From Macrostomum lignano (Eukaryota), in the NCBI GenBank assembly GCA_002269645.1, contig NIVC01004668.1, positions 1 to 38,559 of the forward strand: a stretch of DNA of 38,559 nucleotides, read 5' to 3'. Below the pieces are notes generated by a model. The model saw only the letters and a list, made by a program, of their open reading frames with translations. It was not told where the DNA came from and made no database searches. The translations under genes and the position numbers were made by a program. Shown in pieces: positions 10,941-38,559 of this stretch (the first letter of the stretch is position 1; each line of letters begins with the position of its first letter).

Positions 10941-12659
10941 GCATGGGTCTATTCTTTAATATTTTAGCAACATTTTCATTTCCTTTTTGCTCTCCCCAGA
11001 CGGGCTGGATTGCTAGTCAGAGCTAAATTTGATAAAAAAAGAATGAAATTCTTATTTGAATCCTTTATTTACGCCTCCTCCAGGAAATTAGAAAAAACAC
11101 TAGTCGCAGGTCTCTGGTTTGGACCTCAACAAATCGTCTTGTTCCTGCTTTCTATTGCTATTTAGAAGGAAATACCAACAACTGGAAGTACAAATTAAAG
11201 TTCAATAAATTAAGTTCAAAGTGACTGCTGAGCTTGTTGTTTTGGACTTTTACTTTAAGTTAATATTTGAGTACACTTTTATTCCACACTGTACATTCTG
11301 CTCTGAGCCCGTGCAGCGTTCGTACGCTTGATACTTTCGGACTGACTTTAGATTTTTGTCATCATTTGTGTACTTGACTAATTTATCTACTTATGCCTTG
11401 CTGATTCATTCCCTTAAATATTGTGTCCAACTTTAACACCCGAAATCTTCAATGATGTTAAATATTTAAGCATTGTTATTCTCGACTTAAGAAATTTGTT
11501 GGACTAAATAATATATCGAAGCTTTTATCACGATCACAAAGTTCTCCCAGCGAAGTTCAAAGTTCGTCAGGATTCACTCAGGCTGGCTGGCCACGTCATC
11601 CGGTCGGAGAGTCCCTGCCGCCAGCCGTTACACGACCTGCTGTTGTGGACGGCGCAGGGCCCGCGGAGGCCAAGGGCGAACGATGCGCGATCGACTCCCC
11701 CCCGTTCTGGCCCTGACTGGGGGAGCTGACTTCTTTAGGAGTGCGGCCCACGGGGGTGCGTTCTGACACCTCCCCATTCTGTGGCCTCTCGTGGTACGTT
11801 TTTGTTGTTATATTCAAATATTTTCTTTAGTTCTCTTCGTGAACACCAGTTGCAGTCTTTCACTTAGCAAATGAGAAACGCTCGTATCAACATTCGATAT
11901 TTTCGTAGCGTCAGCATGCGGATCTCCCCAGAGTTTCATGGATATTTTATGGCCGGCGAAGGAAGTCGGCAATAAAAGTTCGATCGAGTTGTAAGCAGCG
12001 CACAGTCGAAGTTGGAATATTCCCAGCTTTAGAAATGAAATTTTGCGTTTTAAACCTATTGAACCAGAATCATGCGATAGGATCGCATTATGCAATCGTA
12101 AAAATATCAATCTGAGACGAAAAACTAGTCAGTCAGGCTTTATAAAATTCTAAGAGCAAGAAAGACGAGTAATGCAAGGCGGATAAGAGGGGTACTAAAG
12201 AAAGCGATAGAAAGCAGAAGACATAAGGAATTGCTGGGGAAAGGAGTTGGATAGTACACACACGCCTGCAGTGAGCTGCTGGGATCCCCCGAGCCGCGAT
12301 TGGCTGAGGCCTTCACTTCCTCGCCGATCATCGGGCGTCCGGCTCTCACGCCTTTCCAGCTCCTCTCCTCGGGCTTCTCTCAACGATAACTCGGGTAAGG
12401 AAGACAGGCGGGGATGGTGGGGATAAATTTCCCCTTTTTTAGTTTCTTTGCCTGGCAAAGTCTGACTTCCTTGCTGCGGCTGAGCGTGCCTAATCGAATA
12501 CGTCCCGGACCTGGAAATTGGCAAATTTAGAAAGAAAATAAGGCATGATCCCGTCTCATAATCTCCTTACAGACTGATATTGTTAACCTTCAAGCCCAGT
12601 GTAATTTGCTATTTATAACAAATCCTACGGATATTCCTGCTTCAAACAACAGCTTCACA

Positions 12660-30704
<18,045 letters not shown>

Positions 30705-33700
30705 GTCGGTACACACAACTGCTTAGTAAAATTTAAAATTTTAGTAACATTTAGTAAAGTTTGATGAATGGAAATTGGCTTTCTGGTTGTGCTAAACATC
30801 CTGATCCTCAGTACGTTAAGTGCAGGGGATGCGGTAACAACCACTAGCAGAAGTACTAACAGTAAGGCACGCTTGCAGTGTACTGCAGGACTGTCAGAAC
30901 TGTCTCAATTACCTCTTCGAAAAATTCCACCCAATTGGGGTCAGATAGGACCACTGACTGCAGGATTGTCCTCATGTAGCGAAAGGCAGTCCAGGTAAGC
31001 CCGCGGTGACGCAGCAGATCCTCGCTTCAGAGCAAAGCACAGCACTAGCACAGAACGTACAGCGGCCCTGAACTTCTCTGAAGGCACTTTCTTACTGCGC
31101 CTAGGTTGCTGCACTCATGGTTTTAATTGCAATTGCAAATCTTAAGCTGCAATTTACTTAGTACGTCGATGGAATTCGTTCTCACATCTGCGATCAGTTA
31201 TGCTTCTCATTCTGTCATTTACTAGTAAATTCGCATGCTCATTGACATCCAGCTAACGTATTCCTGTTCTCGTTCCAAGTACGTTTAACTGTGCTGCGTC
31301 GGACTTTCGTCGATGCACTGGTGAGCTACACAGGTCATAACAGCAAATTACAAACCGATTCTTTCCCAAAACATGTCTGGACTCGTTTTGTACTCGTATG
31401 TACTCGTGCTTTGTACTCGTATGACATGTGAAGTGCATTTAGTAGCCAAATTTCTCCGCGCGTACATTCCATTGATTTGGTAAAATTCTACGAGTACAGA
31501 AGGCCATTTCTTGTACCCTGCAACTTCCATCCCAGTGCCACTACTCAAACCGCTGCGCGCATTCGAAATGCTTTGTTGGATTCAGAGCCTTCGATTGCCA
31601 TAGCTCTGGGCGTGGCAGGAAATGTTGTGGAATTTTCGAATGTACCGAATTAGGCTAAATCAACCAAGGAATCAAATTTACGTAAGTGATGTTGAAAGCA
31701 TACAATGCTTGGTTCAACAGTCGCGTCATTTTCAGACTGTTGAGTTATCTACATCGATGTATAGCTCAGATAAAAAGGCATCACTTATTTTGTTCTTGAA
31801 ACTGCTCCGATGACACTTTGATAGCCAGTGAAAATCAGACCTCATTTGGGTTTCTAATTATCTTTTCGCCATGCCTTTATTGAATCAATCCTTTTTTAAT
31901 TAGACAGAGGTCTCTGTAGCCCTAGGACAAGACAGCTCTTAAACTACTTGGCAGTTCACTTTGTCACTTTGTAGTCCGCAGTTAATTGCCAGTCACTCCT
32001 TGTAGGTTGGCAAAAGCTCCGAGTTAATAGATTTGATGAGGTACTATTCCGATTTTCGGAAGCTGTTTAACTCGATCCCCAAACTGTTGTGCCAGCCCAG
32101 AGACTAGGGGAGAACAGGTGGGCCCAAGACAGCGAATCGATGAGAATCTTTATTAGCGGCATTAGCGGCTTGGACAACCCCCCCCCTCCCCCTATCCACT
32201 GCCCAAAGCCTGCAGCAACAGACGAGACGCAGATCGGGGCGTGGCGTCGGTCTCCCACATCAAAGCAAGTAGGAGTCGGGGAGGCTGGTCGGGTTTGGAC
32301 TGAGCTATATTGCAGAGAGAAGAATTAGAGTCTGAAGGCTCAGGGGCAGGTTAGCTGGTTAGTTAATGCTTAGCCATTAGCTAATTAGTGAGATAACGCT
32401 GCCACTCCAAAAAGCGGCGGCAGACAAAAAGCTCGGAGAACTAAATGCTTCTTGATTTAACCGGAGGTCATGACCCAGCCTCTCTCAGATCTCCACTTGA
32501 GCCAGCAAGCTGAATTTTATTTGCTTGTTTGATTCTCAGTCCAATCGCCCTCGCTTCAGAGTTCCTAGGCTAATTTTCCAATCGGCAAAGTGAGTGAGAA
32601 CTGGAGATTGAATGGCGGGACAGGGTGGCTGCGGAAAAATCTGGCTACATATTCGGTCGGAGAACCGCGGAATAGGCGAGCGCATCGATTGGGCTGCATG
32701 TAGGCTAGCACTGACTGGCTTTAATGAGGCGTGCTGACCAACCGAGCAGATATACTGGTATCTACGAGCTTAGATGGTGAAAAATATTTACCATCGATGA
32801 ATATCCTCAGTACACCCATATTTGGTTAAAGTCTATTGGTCATCCCATCCCATTGGGCATCGCACAACAGGCGCAAAACTGGTCAGATAGGGTCATTCTA
32901 GGTCTAGATAAGGTCAGGTGAGATAATATTGGATCACCTGAAATCGCACTACCATCGATTCATCAACATGATCTTATGATGTCTATGATGGCATGCATAA
33001 TCTTCATTCACCCTTGATTTCCATCTGTCCAGTTTTTCGTCCACCCAATAAAGCGACTGGGCAAGGAAAGCAGCATTTTCGGTCTCTCACAATGCTAAGG
33101 AAAAGCCGTGGGTCGAGTTTCCTCCGCATCCAGTGTCAAGCAATGTCAGACCCTCCTCGGAGTCCATATTTCAGCCATCTGAGGCCTTGTTGCTCCAAGT
33201 TTCCGGCTTTATTTGACTGCCTGTTTGTCGTCTTCCCCATATGGCGCTTCTCGCTCTGCGCCTCCCTTCTTCATCTCAGCCGCACAGTCATTATTTGTTA
33301 ATATTGCTGCCAGGCCAACCCACAGAGCACGCAATGTCGGCACTCACAATTCGGGAATCCATCACCCAGAGTTCCAATATCTTGAAGAATAAACTGCACT
33401 CAAGGCATGTTGATGACGCTTGAGCAAAAATGACGACGAAGTTCGAGTCAAATCAAGCTAATGCCATTATATTGGCCTTGCTCGCCTCTCCGGCTAGCAG
33501 TTTCTCGGAGCCGAGATTGCGGACCCCAATGGGGTGCCGGGCCTTTCCAGCTTCCTGAATAATTCATTTCAGGAAAAAACCACTCCTTAGTCGATTTGGA
33601 AGTGATGGATTTGGAGTTTTGGCGTCTTCCGTGGCGCGAACACGGCAGGCTTTATTAGTTTCTATGATAAAAATTCTAAGTACAAAAGTAGTTTGAAACA

Positions 33701-35602
33701 GAACTTTTTTCTGTCGGGAGATTCTGTCACTATGCCACTGTGTCTCATCGATCCATCTGTTCTGTAGGCTCATTAGCCAATCATCGCGGCCTGCTCACTA
33801 GCACGAAATTAATAAACAGGAAGTCCAATGACGCATTTGATTGATTAGGTGCCCATGCGAATTGTTTTGTTTGTTGTAAAAAAACCAACTCTTTCGCCGA
33901 CAGTGTTAGACACCCGATCTCGGCGAGTCTGGGCCGTATCAGATCGCCTACCTCCGCTTTGACGTTTTTATTTGACTGTATCATCCTATTGGTCATAGTT
34001 GGAGTTGCTCTCAATTGCAGCCCATTTATTGTCCAAAGCGGGCGTCCCCAGGTCGCGTCTTGTTTACCGCGGGTGTCAATTTGTCACTGTCTGGAGGCCG
34101 TCCAGATGGGAGCATAGCGGAGCGGCCGGAATGGGAGGATAGTAAATTCTCAGCGACCCCGACTGAAACATGAGAGCATTGTTGGCCAGTGTATATGGAG
34201 CATTAATTGCGTAGCGGAATGAAGCGCAATTACTTTGCTTTTTACGGCAGTTCCAGTACGATTTGATATTGTAAACCGAGAACTGGCTTTACTTAGGTGT
34301 ATCTACCCTCTGCTATCCACAATTTTGGGAGGCTTGAGTGGTGCTCAATCAAAAATAGCATACGGGGACTTCATGACTCCGAAAATTTCTGATCCGTAAG
34401 TTTTCATTCATTTGATTATCCACTCCCTAATTTGCAAATCAAAATTACATTTTAGCCGTCTAATTAAAAACGAGAAAATATTTGTCAACTAGACAGCAGT
34501 AGACGAGAATAACACATTTGGGATACCAACCGAAGCCTTAGCGACTGGGAGACTGCAGACCAAAGCAAGCCCCAGATACTTAGAGATCGACCAAGAGTTT
34601 CGGAACGAGTGCGAGCGTATGCCGAATACGTGAATGCACCATTAATGAAATTAAAGTCATTTGCATAGCAATTCAAAGTACATGTACATGCCACCTCGGA
34701 TTTAATTTATCGCGTGATTTCATGTATACATGTCCCTCATCGATTGTGAGCAGCCAGTAAGCCTCGAAAGCGGAACAACTGCTCCAGCCGTCATGCCAGT
34801 GCCAGCTTTTTCCAACCGATCCAAAACTGGGGGGAGGAGCGGCGGAGAACAGGTTTGCAAAACCCGTTAGCTCATGGATCCGACAGCCTTTTTTACATCC
34901 GTTCAAACTGAGCTTGACGTCTCGCCTATTGCTTTCCGGCTTGCAAACTTATTCATTGCCATTTTTTCTTCCGCTGTTGCTGCAGGCGCGTATTTGCTGC
35001 CCCCCCCCCCCCCCCCCAACAGGCCGGCAGGATGAGGTGGCTCTGGACTGCCGATTCGGAACAAACACAAAAGGAGAGGGAAAGAGAGAAAAACGAATTT
35101 AGCAAAGCAGACAGTGTTTGCCTCACCAGCCCAGCCTTATCTGCAGCTCTGCATTTGTGCTGGTCATGCTCCCAGCTCTGCTACTGGTAACTTGCTATCT
35201 ATGCCCGAGCTTGCTTAATCAGAGAAAACCGGCGGTCAAAAAAAGTCGGCAATATTCAGACACAGAGAGCCTGGGATAGAGAGAGACGATGCGGGGAGAG
35301 CACGTCGACTGTTTATTTTCAGGGTAGCTATGGGAAAATAATCGCTGCGGCGGATACCGACAAAGCGAATTTAAGTGCAGCCGAGACAAGAATTTTGTGA
35401 TTAGAGCGTGCCGCAATGCCGGGAATCGGAGTTATTGATCTTATAATGTATTGTAGCAATCAAAATCTTATACACTCTGCCTGCTCAGTCTTGTGTAAGC
35501 ATTACTACAGTAAAGGATGATGTTGCAAACAGTTTAGCTGGCGAAAACTAGGTACCAATCATCAAACCAATCGGCATTTGTGTCAGCCTCATTCCATTGA
35601 TT

Positions 35603-35898
35603 TCTTCTTCCAGTCGTAGGTCCCAGGAGCCGAGAACCTCTTCCTCCAGTCGTAGGTCCCAGGAGCCGAGAACCTCTTCCTCCAGTCGTAGGTCCCAGGA
35701 GCCGAGAACCTCTTCCTCCAGTCGTAGGTCCCAGGAGCCGAGAACCTCTTCCTCCAGTCGTAGGTCCCAGGAGCTGAGAACCTCTTCCTCCAGTCGTAGG
35801 TTCCAGGAGCTGAGAACCTCTTCCTCCAGTCGTACGTCCCAGGAGCCGAGAACCTCTTTTTCCAGTCGTAGGTTCCCGGAGCAGAGAACCTCTTCTCC
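35603..35898 (+). repeat. 36-bp tandem repeat, ~8 copies
   Basis: Unit TCTTCCTCCAGTCGTAGGTCCCAGGAGCCGAGAACC; it translates as TSSSSRRSQEPR in one frame. Confidence 0.93.
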
Positions 35899-36789
35899 TC
35901 TAGCGCACCTTGAGTGTCATCCTGCTCACGGCCAGCAGCTGCTAGACCGATCAGGACTAAAACAGTTCCAGAGTACCTAGCAAACGCATGATTGCCCGAC
36001 GAAAAAATAATTTTAATTGATAGCTTTCTTCGAGTTTTACTTGCCCGCAGTCGAGCTTTCAGCTGGCAACAGTGGTGGAAAATAGAACACGGGAAAGCAA
36101 AGAGGTTAGCGTTTGCCGGGAAGAGGCTATTTGTTCGATTAGCTGAAAGAATCGTGCAGTGACTTAGCCAATAAAACCAGATGCCTCCAACACAACTAGA
36201 TGCTCATTGGACAGAGATTGGATCGACTCGGACATGTTTAACTTGGGATTTCCCTTGGTTTCCCTTCTCAGGGAAAACCAATTGTTTCTTTTGTGGCAAT
36301 GAAACAGCCAATTGGATGCCTCTAATAAGACAAGGAACGTCTCAAGCACCTGTCCCGCTGCAGCAGCTCGTAAGCAGTCTGAGCAAGCAGCATATTCTAC
36401 GACACAAGAGGTACAGTTGCTTGGCCTAAGGCAAATGACGAAAAGCACAACTACGAGCGTATCAAGCAGCTAAGTAACGAAAGTAGCGCCGATCAGTTTA
36501 ACGTATTTAGTCGCATGAAATTTTAGGGCTTGTTAATGGAATCAGTTTGAAAGGCCATTGAATAAAAGAGTTGCTGTCGCAATCATGCGAAAGTGTTGAG
36601 AACTGAAGGAAAAGCCTGTTTGAGAATAATCAAAAGCGAAGATAACGAAGTTGCAGATGCAGAAGTCTCAAGCTAAACACCAAGGATACTCGGGCTGCAT
36701 AGCAGTACCAAATTCTCAAAATGCGTCTATGATAATAATGATAATAAAGTATTCGATTGCTGTAATCAGGGTAGTCACCTATGCCTCGT

Positions 36790-37802
36790 CTCGAATATCC
36801 TTGTAAATGAAGCACTGTTCGAGCCTTGATGTCCGAGTTGGCAGAGAGTTCAGGTAGTCGGTCGATAAAGCCTGATCGTCGCCACTGTGAATTGATGGCT
36901 ACTCAAGAACGAGGCCAGTTGTTTTCAGGTCCAATCTCCAATCTTAAATCTCCAATCTCTAATCCCTTGCTCATTGCAAGGCCGCGCGTCCAGAAAATAT
37001 CGCTGCTCGAAGTCTCGCTTCAGCAAGGAAAACAGAAACAGAAACCGGTCACAGCAATCGATCGCTTTGGATCGCTTCTCCATGTAATGCTGAGTTGCTG
37101 CGGCTGCGTGAGGCCTGGCTCTGTCCCACTGCCAGGTGACTTGGTCAAGATAGTTCGGCTGACTTCTGAGAGATCGCCAGGGATTTCTAGTTCGCTAAAC
37201 TAAGTTGGCGATAAATTCAGCCAGTCCTATCTACTGCTGTCCTGATTCGGTTGTTGCAAAGGAAGACCTCTTACTGGGTGGGAAGGCTACAACAGCAGTG
37301 TTCTTGTTGTCAGGCATCTCGCCACCGGAGGCCTGTGCTCTCCCTTAGATTTTGCTCATTTTGCTAGGCTAGCCTTCACTAAAGATCCAGCTCTCATACT
37401 GTGTGATCAACTTGTTAATGATGTTGTCCATTCCTTCGCTCTGAAATGCGCTACGGAATGTTTCCAGCATATGCCACTCTGCCTCCGTGAGGGGATCACT
37501 GAAGTGATGCAACGCAGCCCCGGATCTTCTCCTTAATGCACCGTCGACTCGTCGATCTCCAGCTAGTCGGAAGTTATCCATGTTGTACCTGCCGATCTTC
37601 TCATCTTCGATCAGTTCGGAAGTTCGAATTGGTTAATGGTCCGCCAGCACCATTGGAGCAGTCGCTGGCTGCTTTGGTGGCACTTGGCTACCTTGAAGTA
37701 ATTAAAAACGGTAGTGTGGCGCGGATCTTCTCATCCATACACAAAGGACAGCTCTTTTAAGCAGTGACTTCGAGCTTCTGTCGCGTCCAGGCGTAGAATG
37801 GT
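36790..37802 (-). mobile_element. Degenerate Tc1/mariner-superfamily transposase relic
   Basis: Minus-strand pieces, in the expected order across frameshifts: DATEARSHCLKELSFVYG*EDPRHTTVFNYFK (HTH-like, ~37692-37790), LEIDESTVH, PLTEAE...EGMDNIINKLITQYESWIF (cf. IVTGDESW, 37381-37407), GEHRPP, VTWQWDRARPHAAAATQHYME (cf. HDNARPH, 37108-37131), CDRFLFLFSLLK (cf. PxDFxLFxxLK, 37018-37050) and YLNSLPTR. TIRs not located. Confidence 0.7.
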
Positions 37803-38559
37803 CTAAATAATTTTGGCACACCCGAAGTATGAGCGCTGGCACAAAAATTTTTACGCGAGGAACTCAAAGGCAGAAGCACGTTAAGATTCGGATGCGCGGA
37901 CAAAAAGAATCATTGCTTTTCAGTACTTTGCAGAGTATAATATCGAGCCAAAATCACTTGACACCATCAAATTAGCATTGCGATATTCACGGTTTCATGC
38001 AAATAACGAATTCCGATTCCCAACCCCATGTTGTCCCGCTCCTCAGGGCTGGACCAGCAGCGTCGGATGAGCAAGGCGGGCAGCAACCCTGGCTTTAATC
38101 TGCGAGCCAGCCCGCGCAAAGGCCTCAGCAACTGACTTGCTCGTCGTAGTGGCGGCAGCGGTGCTAGCGGAGCGGTGAGATACCATTTTTAAAAACGATC
38201 TCTACAGTTCTTGCACTTTCAGCTTGCTTGCTTAGCTTGGAATGTTTTTTGAATAATCAACTTTGCGCAAATTATTAGTCACACTAAACGATGCTAAACT
38301 ACATTATACTTAATATACTACTAAAAATAATACTCACTAGCCTGTAAAGCTAATAACTTTTCCAAATCTGGGTGCAAAAGCTGGAAACTCGTTGAAAACT
38401 TCACATCGTAGAAACTTAGTATGGCGTGTATCAAGGACTATGCAGAATTTTTGGCGTTGTGAAATTTTTGTTTTATGGAGTCCCCCTTAGCATATATAGC
38501 TTGTAGTTTAGAGAATACAGTGGTTTCCAGAAACGAATCCCAGATTATATTTTATCGGC

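Noticed and set aside
38040-38186. 48-codon minus-strand ATG ORF (MVSHRSASTAAA...)
   Set aside because: Too short, with no homology cue and no supported downstream exon.

Overview
Eukaryotic (metazoan) genomic DNA with spliceosomal GT-AG introns. The GC-rich exons and satellite-laden introns would fit a flatworm such as Macrostomum, but that is inference only. The window has four parts. (1) A decayed DIRS/Ngaro-type retrotransposon fragment at ~1-1005. (2) A head-to-tail cluster of three paralogous 3-exon genes (1467-3337, 5690-7014, 9532-10817) plus one orphan exon (4503-4791). They encode short, divergent IkappaB / NF-kappaB-p105-C-terminus-like ankyrin proteins with altered N-terminal degron-like motifs, and the third copy appears damaged. 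(3) A large SCYL2-like pseudokinase/HEAT gene with at least 14 coding exons (12660 to >=30704) and a 1-nt frameshift in exon 10; its introns carry MITEs, a LINE-like tail and many different tandem repeats. (4) A degenerate Tc1/mariner transposase at ~36790-37800 (- strand). The most interesting element is the IkappaB-like cluster. All homology calls come from recalled motifs, not database searches.
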